The notes under the pieces are model-generated. The model did no database searches and was not told where the DNA came from. It saw only the letters and a list, made by a program, of their open reading frames with translations. Source: Salinivirgaceae bacterium (GTDB lineage Bacteria > Bacteroidota > Bacteroidia > Bacteroidales > Salinivirgaceae). Taken from it: DNA of 64,000 nucleotides. The stretch is from contig JAQVXQ010000001.1 of assembly GCA_028709085.1 (NCBI GenBank), forward strand, positions 16,545-80,544. Direction: 5' to 3'. Below, piece by piece: positions 38,549-47,671 of this stretch. The position numbers were made by a program, and so were the translations under genes. The first letter of the stretch is position 1, and every line of letters begins with the position of its first letter.

Positions 38549-40963
38549 TTACCAAATTTTCATTGATCTCACTCGTTTCCACCACTTTGAAGGAATAAAT
38601 TCATCTTCATCAGAGTAATATCCGTATCCATAACCGTATCCATATCCGTAACCGTAGGTTGTTCGATTGTGTTTCCGGAAATCCACACCATTAAATACGA
38701 TGGATATATTGCTCAGTTTTTTCTCTTGGATTAAGCTATTTACGTTTTGAATAAAACTACGTTTCGATATCCCAGATTTAAAGACATATACTGGATAGTT
38801 GGCACGTTGCAAACTAATTAAAGCATCGGTTACAATACCAATTGGAGGGGTATCAATTACAATAACGTCATATTTTTCTTCAAGTTCATCGAGGATGCTT
38901 TCCATATAATCACCAAATGCTAATTCTGCAGGATTTGGAGGAACGGGTCCAGCGGTAATAAAGTCCAACCCCTCTAAATCACTCTTCATCACACAATCTT
39001 CCCAATTATCTTTTTTACATAGAATTGTGCTCATTCCCTTCTCATTATCGACATTAAAACCAATATGTAGGCGTGGTTTGCGTAAATCCATATCAAGTAT
39101 AATTACGCGTTTTCCACTTATAGCCTGAATTCCAGCCAAATTGATGGCCACGAATGTTTTCCCCTCGCCGGATATCGTTGATGATATTGCCACAATCTTA
39201 GAGCCTCTTCCTTGAGAAAGAAACTGAAGGTTGGATCGTATGTTTCTAAACGATTCGGTAAACATTGAATTTGGTTGTTTGTCGACCAAAAGTTGTGAAA
39301 CCGGAACTTTTTTCTTGTAGTTGGGAACGACACCAATTATTGGAGTATCGGTATATAGTTTAATTACATCTGGTGAGATTATATCGTCATAAAGCAGGTA
39401 GCGTATGGTGATGAGAATAAAAATTAAGATAACTCCTATTATGAACGAAATCATAATAACCTGGGGCTTATTGGGTGCTATTGGACTTAGGGGAATATTT
39501 GCCTTTTCAAGGATAGTACTGCTTGGCACGTAACTAGCCTGATTAATCATATATTCCGCTTTTTTCTGAATCAACTGATGGTAAAATCCTTCATTAATAC
39601 TATATAAACGTTGTAATTTTGCGTACTCAATCTCATTATATCCATTTTCGGCAAACAGCTTGCTTTCAAACTCTGCTATTTTCTCCTTATAGTTTTCATT
39701 ACGTTGTTCTAATCGAGAAATGGCTGATTTAAGAAAATCAACTAATTGTCGCTTATATGATTTAATTTGGTTGTCAATTTTTTCAATGCGTTGATTATTT
39801 ACGGTTACCTCATAGAGCATATTATTTCGATCTTGCAATAGGTTTTGTAAACTGCTTAGCATTGTTGCTACAATGGCTTCCGATTTTGTTCCAGATAGCA
39901 TGGCGAGCATCTCGTATATGTTAGCGTCGCTATTATCGGCAAGTTCAGTACGAATATGATGTAAAGTCATCAGCTCAAATTCAACAGCAATAACTTCGTT
40001 TTCAATCTCCGTTATTCGATTTGTAAAGATTGGAAACGGGGATTCAGTTTTAACTTTATCTTTAATATTATATTTTTTCTTAAAATCGTGCATTTCTGAT
40101 TCTGCTTTATCTAGGTTTTTATAAACCATATTTAGCTGATTATCAATAAATGACAGGATATTTTGAACACTCTCTCCTTTTTTCTCTACTTCATATTTTT
40201 GAAATCGTTCGGCGATAACATTCACAACTTCAGCGGCTTGAGCCGCATTATTTGAATCATATGATAATTCAATTGTTTGTGTTTGTTGACTTAAAATTCT
40301 AATTATCAAACTACTAAGAATTTCATTTACTATATTTGCAGGATTTGAAACTTTGAAGAAGTATCGGTTTGTGGGTTCTGATTTAGACATAAACTCAATG
40401 GTCTTAAAGTTCTGAACCATAATTTTATATTGATTTTCGCCAAGAATAAACCACTCTCCTGTTTTACATATTTGCTCATGCTTCCGATCGTTATACTCAT
40501 GACTTACTTTGCATGAATCAATGGAAATAAAGTCAATGTAAATTGGTGTTTCGTAAATGTATGTGTTTTTAATTCGAGACTCAACAAGATAGGGTGTAGA
40601 ACGATATAACTCGGAATTTAAAAAAGTTCCTTTGACAAAGTATCGAGTATCGAACGCAAGATGGGAAATACATCGTTTGATAAACTCTTTTGAGCGCATT
40701 AGAGCAATTGTTTTGCCCATGTTGCGGCCTTCGTCATTATACATTTCACCAAGGCGTAGTAACCGTTGTGGGCTCTCATCGTCAGTCATTTGAATGACCG
40801 ATTTTGCCTGATACACAGGTGATGTATAGCGCAAATACAGAAATGCTGATCCCAGTGCGATTAATAGGATAAAGATAGACCAAACAATTGATTTTTTGAG
40901 AATAATCAAAAATATGGAGAGGTCAAATGTTTCGTTTATGAGTGGTATTTTTTTATTTACCAT
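38549..40963 (-). CDS. Polysaccharide co-polymerase / BY tyrosine autokinase (Wzc-like)
   Basis: 804 aa with a Wzz-type periplasmic coiled-coil domain between 2 TM segments, a C-terminal P-loop kinase (SSTISGEGKT, ILDMDLRKP, VIVIDTPP) and a Tyr cluster YGYGYGYGYGYGYY. Confidence 0.85.
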   Translation of the reverse strand: MVNKKIPLINETFDLSIFLIILKKSIVWSIFILLIALGSAFLYLRYTSPVYQAKSVIQMTDDESPQRLLRLGEMYNDEGRNMGKTIALMRSKEFIKRCISHLAFDTRYFVKGTFLNSELYRSTPYLVESRIKNTYIYETPIYIDFISIDSCKVSHEYNDRKHEQICKTGEWFILGENQYKIMVQNFKTIEFMSKSEPTNRYFFKVSNPANIVNEILSSLIIRILSQQTQTIELSYDSNNAAQAAEVVNVIAERFQKYEVEKKGESVQNILSFIDNQLNMVYKNLDKAESEMHDFKKKYNIKDKVKTESPFPIFTNRITEIENEVIAVEFELMTLHHIRTELADNSDANIYEMLAMLSGTKSEAIVATMLSSLQNLLQDRNNMLYEVTVNNQRIEKIDNQIKSYKRQLVDFLKSAISRLEQRNENYKEKIAEFESKLFAENGYNEIEYAKLQRLYSINEGFYHQLIQKKAEYMINQASYVPSSTILEKANIPLSPIAPNKPQVIMISFIIGVILIFILITIRYLLYDDIISPDVIKLYTDTPIIGVVPNYKKKVPVSQLLVDKQPNSMFTESFRNIRSNLQFLSQGRGSKIVAISSTISGEGKTFVAINLAGIQAISGKRVIILDMDLRKPRLHIGFNVDNEKGMSTILCKKDNWEDCVMKSDLEGLDFITAGPVPPNPAELAFGDYMESILDELEEKYDVIVIDTPPIGIVTDALISLQRANYPVYVFKSGISKRSFIQNVNSLIQEKKLSNISIVFNGVDFRKHNRTTYGYGYGYGYGYGYYSDEDEFIPSKWWKRVRSMKIW

Positions 40964-41720
40964 TGGTTGTCAGGTTAATGATCAGTAGCACTGTTGAAAG
41001 AAGAGCCAAATATGGAGTAAGCTCATTCATAACACGTCGAACGTATCTTGGGCGACTTTCAACATAAATAATATCGTTGCCTTCAAGCTGTAAGTTTGTT
41101 CCTTTTAAATCGGTTAAGGTTCTAATATTATATAGAAACACTTGGGGTTCTTCTGCTGGATTTCCTCTTATTACTTTAATTCGATATGCTTTATCGCTGT
41201 CCAAAAGACCGCCAGATTGAGCTATTGCTTCAATTAAAGTTAGATTTTCTTCCGGAATTTGTATAACCATTCCAACTTGTCCTCCTCCTTTAAAAACATA
41301 AACTCTACGATTTACAACTTGCAATAAAACAAATGGATTTTGATAATGCTTTGCTAGTTTCTCTTCCAATAATTTCTCCGCTTCTCGAATAGTTCTACCG
41401 GCAATATTAATTCTACCTAGTGTTGGCAGTTTTACTTGACCATCAAACTCAACCATGAATTCAATGGCACCTTTTTGATTCTGTGCATTTCCAATGGCAT
41501 TTTCGTTGATTGAAATCATTCGATATCCATCGTTTGTTGAAATGCTTACGCTTATTTTATCATAAGGCTTAATTCGATATTCTACTTCCGATGGTTTAAA
41601 TTCAGAATATGAGATATCGTCGGTGTTTAACATTCTGTTGGGTTGCAAAACTTTACAACTCGATGAAAACAAGATGGTAATAACAAGTATTGATATATAA
41701 TAAGAATAGATGCTTTTCAT
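40953..41720 (-). CDS. Polysaccharide export outer-membrane protein (Wza/BexD-like)
   Basis: 255 aa with a lipoprotein-like signal (LFSSSC), Poly_export-like PYRI.P.D motifs and an SLBB-like region. Confidence 0.8.
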   Translation of the reverse strand: MKSIYSYYISILVITILFSSSCKVLQPNRMLNTDDISYSEFKPSEVEYRIKPYDKISVSISTNDGYRMISINENAIGNAQNQKGAIEFMVEFDGQVKLPTLGRINIAGRTIREAEKLLEEKLAKHYQNPFVLLQVVNRRVYVFKGGGQVGMVIQIPEENLTLIEAIAQSGGLLDSDKAYRIKVIRGNPAEEPQVFLYNIRTLTDLKGTNLQLEGNDIIYVESRPRYVRRVMNELTPYLALLSTVLLIINLTTNGK

Positions 41721-41774
41721 AAAATGAAATTTCTCAAAGATAAGTATAAATACAAAGAAAACAGGATTTTTAAC

Positions 41775-42962
41775 CTATTCAGAAAGTAGTTTGGTGTACA
41801 ATTTCTCGACATCGGTCACAAGTCGTCGATAATCGAATATTTTGAGAATCTTTTCTTGGCCATTGGCCGCTAGTTTTGAACGAAGTTGTTGGTTATTGGC
41901 TAACTCCAATAACTTTGCAGCAAAAAGTAAATCATCGTTCACTTTGGTTAAATAGCCATGGATTCCGTCGGTTACAAAATCAGCAATTCCACCTACTTCA
42001 GTTGAAATTACAGGGACTCCTGAAGCAATAGATTCGATTAAACTCACGGGAGTTCCTTCGTTTAACGAGGTTAAAACAGAAATGTCAGCTCCGGAATAAA
42101 CACGTTCTACATCTAAAATCCAAGATGTGAAAATGATTTGAGCTTGTGGATTCAATTTCTCTGGAGTACTGATTGTCATATTATTAGTGATAGCCAACTC
42201 TTCAATCTCTGCACGTGTTTCTCCATCGCCAACAATCATAAAACGCAACTTATTTCCGATGTGTTGCAAAGTGTGACTTGCTACACGGATAAACATTGCA
42301 TGATTTTTTATGGGTGCCATTCGACCAACTATTACAACAAGAATCTCATCTTGCCGGATACTATATTCCGCACGAAAAGCGGTGCGTAGGTCGGGATTTG
42401 GAGTTGAAAAACGACTTAAATCGAACCCCAAAGGGATAACATGTGCCTTCTTTTCTTGTACAATTTTAAATTGGTGGCAAAGCTCCATTTTTTGCAATTC
42501 GCTAATAACAATTATAGCACTGCTTCGTTTTGCAAGAAAACGCTCTATAGTCTTGAATATAAATGTCTTAATAGGTGAAAAGTAACTGTGAAAAACATGT
42601 CCGTGGTACGTATGAACTATTACTTTTACTCCTGTACAAAGGGCGGCTAATCGCCCAAGGGTACCCGCTTTTGAAGCGTGAGTGTGAACAATATCAGGAC
42701 GATACTCCTTTATTATTTTCCGTAATTTAAGAAAGGCGCGCCAATCGTTTAATGGGTGAATAGATCGCCGCATCTCTTCAATTATTTCACCCTCCACTCC
42801 TATGCTTTCAAGGATAAATAAGCTGTCCGTTTCACTCTCTTCGTTTGGTCCGCCAATAAGTCGCGTTTCAAAATTGGAAGATAAATGCTTAGTTAAATAT
42901 CCTGCATTGTATGTAGGACCGCCTAAATTAAATCGATTTATAATTCGTAACACTTTTGTCAT
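41775..42962 (-). CDS. GT-B glycosyltransferase (family 4 / GT1-type)
   Basis: 395 aa with the C-terminal EGTPVSLIESIASGVPVISTEVGG (E-x7-E) motif. Confidence 0.8.
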   Translation of the reverse strand: MTKVLRIINRFNLGGPTYNAGYLTKHLSSNFETRLIGGPNEESETDSLFILESIGVEGEIIEEMRRSIHPLNDWRAFLKLRKIIKEYRPDIVHTHASKAGTLGRLAALCTGVKVIVHTYHGHVFHSYFSPIKTFIFKTIERFLAKRSSAIIVISELQKMELCHQFKIVQEKKAHVIPLGFDLSRFSTPNPDLRTAFRAEYSIRQDEILVVIVGRMAPIKNHAMFIRVASHTLQHIGNKLRFMIVGDGETRAEIEELAITNNMTISTPEKLNPQAQIIFTSWILDVERVYSGADISVLTSLNEGTPVSLIESIASGVPVISTEVGGIADFVTDGIHGYLTKVNDDLLFAAKLLELANNQQLRSKLAANGQEKILKIFDYRRLVTDVEKLYTKLLSE

Positions 42963-44848
42963 AATGAATTCTCAATATATTTTTTATACCAATTTTGAAA
43001 AACGATTAGTGCCCACAGTTTGGAGGGTGAATCACCTACATTATTGGTAAAAAGTTGTTTTTTCAATTTTTCGGTGCTCTTATAATTAAAAATCCCTTGA
43101 TTAATAATATAATCTTTGTTCAGCAAATCTTTGTCTATTAGTTCAAATAACTCATTCCGCATCCATTTTGTTAACGGGACTTCGAAGCCCTTTTTGGGCC
43201 GTGTAAATAATTCTTCCGGAAGTTTGTCTCGATAGGTATCCTGTAAAATTCGTTTCCGCATTTTCCCGTAAACCTTGTAATTATCTTGTAGAGAGAGCCC
43301 AAACTCAACAACTCTGTAATCGAGAAATGGGGATCGGACTTCGAGTGAATTGGCCATTGACATTAAGTCAACCTTAGGAAGCATATCGCCTTGAAGCACC
43401 ATTTTCAAATCGGCTTTTGTAATTTCCCCTATTGATTCGTTACTTTTAATAGATGCTGTAAGACTCTCTATATATGCATTATATGGTGATTTGTCAACGT
43501 TACTAACCAGTAAATCATTAACCTCTTTTGGATTGCTTATGGATGTCCAGAGCACGTATCGCTGTTCGGGTGTGAGTGAAATTCCTTCCGAAAATCGGTA
43601 CAATTGCCGAATTTTATCTGTAAATGAATTGTTCCGTGATTGAGGCAAAAGTTTTAAGAAAGGATTGGCCATTTGAGCCAAATGCCGATATTTTTTGTAT
43701 TTAATAGCTTGGTAATGAGCCATATGCTTGCGGTAACCTGCGAACAGCTCATCGGCACCGTCACCTGAAAGAGCGATTGTAACATGTTTTCGAGTCTCTT
43801 TTGCGAGAATGTTCACCAATATTGCGCTGCTGTCGGCAAAGGGTTCATCGAGATAATTGAGCACATTGGGTAAATTATCAATTAGTTCTCTATTCGTGAC
43901 TTGAATACTGTGATGATTTGTTCCCAAATGATTAGCGGCCTTCTCGGCCCATTTGGTTTCATCGTAAAATGGTTGATCAGGAAAACCCAAACTAAAGGTC
44001 ATTAAATTGGGTTTATAACGCGATGCAATGGCTGCAATGATTGAAGAATCAACGCCGCCACTTAAAAAACATCCTAGTGGAACATCCGAGATTAAACGTG
44101 TTTCCACCGCATTGTCGAGCAGCGTTTCAAGTTGATTAACAGCATCTTTGTAGGAAGTATGTAAAGTTGCCGGTTGGGGCATTTTATACCATTCAACAGC
44201 GGTCATGTTGCTTCCATTGCACACCATATAATGGCCGGCGGGAATTTTGCTTACATTATTGATGATACTTTCATCTCCAGGAATGTAATTATGCACAAAG
44301 TAGGAATAGAGAACCGATTGATTTATGGTACGTGGAATATCGTAGTGCACGAGTGCTTTCATTTCTGAGGCAAAGACCATTCGGGTTTCGTTTCGATGAA
44401 ATAGTAAGGGTTTTACACCATATCTATCGCGCGCTAGAAATATCGTATCTTCGAGTTTATCGTAAATTGCTAAAGCAAAAAAGCCATTAATGAGTGGCAA
44501 AAAGTCAGCACCATACTCAATATAAAGGGCTAAAATTACTTCGGTATCTGAATTTGTTTGAAACGTATATCCTTTATTTGAGAGTGCTTTGCGGTGCTCC
44601 AGAAAATTAAAAAACTCTCCATTATAGACCATCGAATACCTTCCCGATGGATCGGTAAAAGGTTGCGATGCTGCATTGCTTAAATCGATAATCGATAATC
44701 GAGCATGTCCCAAAACGGCTTTTCCTACTTGTAAAACTTGCTGATTATCAGGACCTCGTAGCCGTAACGCATTCGTTGCTGAACGTGTCTTTTCAACATA
44801 TTGGTCTTGAATTTCAGAATATTGGTAAACTCCAGTAATTCCGCACAT
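42959..44848 (-). CDS. Asparagine synthase (glutamine-hydrolysing) family amidotransferase
   Basis: 629 aa with the N-terminal nucleophile MCGI and the PP-loop SGGVDSS. Sits in a polysaccharide locus, so it is probably a sugar-amidating paralog rather than housekeeping AsnB. Confidence 0.8.
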   Translation of the reverse strand: MCGITGVYQYSEIQDQYVEKTRSATNALRLRGPDNQQVLQVGKAVLGHARLSIIDLSNAASQPFTDPSGRYSMVYNGEFFNFLEHRKALSNKGYTFQTNSDTEVILALYIEYGADFLPLINGFFALAIYDKLEDTIFLARDRYGVKPLLFHRNETRMVFASEMKALVHYDIPRTINQSVLYSYFVHNYIPGDESIINNVSKIPAGHYMVCNGSNMTAVEWYKMPQPATLHTSYKDAVNQLETLLDNAVETRLISDVPLGCFLSGGVDSSIIAAIASRYKPNLMTFSLGFPDQPFYDETKWAEKAANHLGTNHHSIQVTNRELIDNLPNVLNYLDEPFADSSAILVNILAKETRKHVTIALSGDGADELFAGYRKHMAHYQAIKYKKYRHLAQMANPFLKLLPQSRNNSFTDKIRQLYRFSEGISLTPEQRYVLWTSISNPKEVNDLLVSNVDKSPYNAYIESLTASIKSNESIGEITKADLKMVLQGDMLPKVDLMSMANSLEVRSPFLDYRVVEFGLSLQDNYKVYGKMRKRILQDTYRDKLPEELFTRPKKGFEVPLTKWMRNELFELIDKDLLNKDYIINQGIFNYKSTEKLKKQLFTNNVGDSPSKLWALIVFQNWYKKYIENSL

Positions 44849-44850
44849 GT

Positions 44851-45963
44851 TTAATTGGTTTTAGCCAAAGGTGCAAAAAATTGAGTAAAACGCGTATGAT
44901 CAACGGAAACACAAATTCGAGTATATTGATCATATTTCCCTTTTTCGTTTGTAAAACAAGACAAAGATACACCAAATATCCAATGATTCTCAAGGGTGGA
45001 CTGATCGATATTAATAACTGCATAAATTCCCAGAGGCAATGGATCGGAATATAGTTCTCTTACTAATAAACCATGCGTTTCTAACCACTCAACATTCAAT
45101 TTAATATGTTCCGTTGCTTGGTTTTTATATTGTTGTATGATTTCGTTTCCTTTGACGCTGTTTAAAAGGTGCTGAATAATTTCTTGACCTACAACATTAA
45201 CTCCATTGGTGTTATACAAAATTCGTTTTGATGCTTCGTCTATAAAATCATGATTTGCATTGTGAATAAAACCTGTTCTGTAACCGCTTAACCCCATTGA
45301 CTTACTAAAACTCTCATTTATAATTACATTTTCTAAGGAGAGCAATCGTCGATAAAACTTATCTTGTTCGTTGACAAATAGATATCGATATGGAGCATCA
45401 AAAATGATTGGGATTCCAAGAGAATCAAGTTTATTGATAACTTCGATTAAAATGGAATTGTCTGTTTTATTGTCCAACGAATTGCCGATATCACTAATAA
45501 TAACAGCAGTATGATTTAATGTACGTGCTGCATTCATTAATGATTTAAAATCTTGGTACACATCGTGTTGTAATTTATTGACGACACTTAATAATTCTCC
45601 TGATCCCCAATAAAACTTAGGCATCAACACTTTATAAACATTCAACGTATTGAGAATGGTAAACAATCCATTGGTTCCACCCGAAGTAATGATTATATGA
45701 TCAATATCGGCTTTATTGCCAAAATAGTGATTATTAATGGCCAGCCTTAACCCCAATTGCCCAACAGTATCAGGGTAATTTTGTAATTGTATAGTATTAA
45801 AGTCAATATTTTTAACAATCTGATTAACATCAATTTGAGATATAGAATTTACATCCGAATGCAATAAGAGCAAATCTTTATTTGTTCGTTCTTGAATTTG
45901 TTTCGCTTTTCTCCCAATTTCCATTATGGCTAAAATTGGTGCTCCAATGGGTTTAATTTCCAT
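44851..45963 (-). CDS. Class I/II PLP-dependent aminotransferase-like protein
   Basis: 370 aa with the PLP-lysine motif SFSKSMGLSGYRTGF and a DAPY motif. The usual N-P-x-N-P-T-G loop is not recognisable (ISDIGNSLDN). Confidence 0.65.
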   Translation of the reverse strand: MEIKPIGAPILAIMEIGRKAKQIQERTNKDLLLLHSDVNSISQIDVNQIVKNIDFNTIQLQNYPDTVGQLGLRLAINNHYFGNKADIDHIIITSGGTNGLFTILNTLNVYKVLMPKFYWGSGELLSVVNKLQHDVYQDFKSLMNAARTLNHTAVIISDIGNSLDNKTDNSILIEVINKLDSLGIPIIFDAPYRYLFVNEQDKFYRRLLSLENVIINESFSKSMGLSGYRTGFIHNANHDFIDEASKRILYNTNGVNVVGQEIIQHLLNSVKGNEIIQQYKNQATEHIKLNVEWLETHGLLVRELYSDPLPLGIYAVINIDQSTLENHWIFGVSLSCFTNEKGKYDQYTRICVSVDHTRFTQFFAPLAKTN

Positions 45964-45990
45964 AACTGTTATTTTGAATCAAAATAGCGA

Positions 45991-45998
45991 CAAATATA
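45991..45998 (-). promoter_or_regulatory. Candidate -7 box (TATATTTG) for the polysaccharide operon
   Basis: Exact TAnnTTTG on the minus strand 28 nt upstream of ATG 45963, immediately after the pepD terminator. Confidence 0.45.
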
Positions 45999-46025
45999 AG
46001 TAAAACTATCTAAAGATAGAAACAT

Positions 46026-46061
46026 AAAAATGGACACTGAATATTATCAATGTCCATTTTT
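46026..46061 (-). terminator. Intrinsic terminator after pepD
   Basis: Stem AATGGACACTGA / TCAATGTCCATT (one wobble or mismatch) flanked by A5 and T5 runs. Confidence 0.6.
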
Positions 46062-46147
46062 CCAATATTTTGATAATCAACATTTAAAATAGGTCTATCT
46101 AAACCTTTTATAGTTTAAGAAAGTCTTATTTATACGCTGTGGTTTAA

Positions 46148-47608
46148 TTATTTAACAGGAACATTTTTAAGGGTCTCTTTTAAGAAATCCCAAAACTTTT
46201 GTACTGTATCAATTTTCACTTTCTCATCTGGAGAGTGTGGAAAACGGATGGTTGGACCAAATGAGATCATATCCCAATTTGGATATACTCCACCAAGCAA
46301 ACCACATTCTAACCCTGCATGAATCGCCTTAATTTCCGGAACTTTACCAAATTTTGTATTGTAAATCTCCATCATAGTTTTCAATATGGGTGATGCCATG
46401 TTTGGTTTCCATCCTGGATATCCGCCTTCGAATTTTATTTCTGCTCCGGCTAAGTCGAATACCGATTTAACACTCTGAGCAAGAGCATCGCGTGCAGTAT
46501 CCACAGAACTCCGCATTAGACATTGAACATAAATTTTGTCGTTGTCGCTCTTAACAATAGCCAAATTTATAGATGTTTCGACCAATCCGGGCATACTATC
46601 GCTCATACGAATTACTCCATTTGGACAGGCTAAAATGGCATTTATTAAGTTGCTTTGCGTCTTAGCATCGATTACATTTTTTGCAATGGATGGTTTAGCC
46701 GTTGCAATACCTAAAGTAGGTTCAGTACCCGATAGTTCTTTAACGATTATGGCTTCAAATTTCTTGATGTCACTTTCAATGTTTTGTTTCTTTCCTTCTG
46801 GTGCATAATAAGTTACAAATGCCTCGCGAGGAAGTGCATTACGTAAACTACCACCATTAATGGAAGCAATTCGAATTGAATACTGTTTCTCCAATTGTTT
46901 CAGCAATCGGAACAATATAACATTGGCGTTTCCCCGTCCTAAGATGATATCCATACCACTGTGTCCACCTTTAAGACCAGTAACCGCAATTGCACCTATT
47001 TCATATCCCTTTGGAATTGCTTCCATGGTGCATTTAAAGGTTACATTTGCATCTTCTCCACCTGCACAACCAACATATAGTTCGCCTTCATCTTCGGAAT
47101 CAAGATTCATTAAAATATCGCCATCAAATAACCCGGGTTTTAAACCAAAAGCACCTGTCATTCCGGTCTCTTCGTCGATAGTAAAAAGTGCTTCAATTGG
47201 ACCATGCTGCAAATCTTTTGCTTGAAGAACCGCTAACGTTGCCGCTACACCCATTCCATTATCAGCACCTAATGTAGTATCTCGTGCAGTAACCCACTCC
47301 CCATCAATGTAGGCGTCAATTGGATCTTTTTCAAAATCATGATTTGTAGTACTATTTGCCTGAGGAACCATATCTAAGTGACTCTGAAGTATAACACCCA
47401 TGCGGTTTTCCATTCCTGGTGTTGCTGGCTTTTTGATTATAACATTGCCTACTTCATCAACAATTGTTTTAAGACCTAAATCCTCGCCAAATTTTTTGGC
47501 AAATGCAATTACAGCGGCCTCTTTTTTTGATGGTCGTGGTATTTGAGTTAATTGATAAAAGTTTTCCCATACTTCTTTGGGAGCTAATTTTCTAATTTCT
47601 TCACTCAT
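46148..47608 (-). CDS. pepD: Aminoacyl-histidine (Xaa-His) dipeptidase, M20 family
   Basis: 486 aa with IPRPSKKE, SHLDMV and GADNGMG metal-ligand motifs and the typical PepD length. Confidence 0.85.
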   Translation of the reverse strand: MSEEIRKLAPKEVWENFYQLTQIPRPSKKEAAVIAFAKKFGEDLGLKTIVDEVGNVIIKKPATPGMENRMGVILQSHLDMVPQANSTTNHDFEKDPIDAYIDGEWVTARDTTLGADNGMGVAATLAVLQAKDLQHGPIEALFTIDEETGMTGAFGLKPGLFDGDILMNLDSEDEGELYVGCAGGEDANVTFKCTMEAIPKGYEIGAIAVTGLKGGHSGMDIILGRGNANVILFRLLKQLEKQYSIRIASINGGSLRNALPREAFVTYYAPEGKKQNIESDIKKFEAIIVKELSGTEPTLGIATAKPSIAKNVIDAKTQSNLINAILACPNGVIRMSDSMPGLVETSINLAIVKSDNDKIYVQCLMRSSVDTARDALAQSVKSVFDLAGAEIKFEGGYPGWKPNMASPILKTMMEIYNTKFGKVPEIKAIHAGLECGLLGGVYPNWDMISFGPTIRFPHSPDEKVKIDTVQKFWDFLKETLKNVPVK

Positions 47609-47671
47609 AATATTTCGTATTAAGTTTATAAAATAATTATTTTAATGACCTGCAATAATCTCCATCTTCTG

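Noticed and set aside
38615-38656. Short tandem-looking DNA repeat (CCGTATCCATAACCGTATCCATATCCGTAACCGTA), considered as a possible microsatellite or phase-variation tract
   Set aside because: It encodes the YGYGYGYGYGYGYY tyrosine cluster expected at the C-terminus of a BY autokinase (Wzc). Synonymous codons alternate, so there is no perfect nucleotide repeat of the kind that promotes slipped-strand mispairing.
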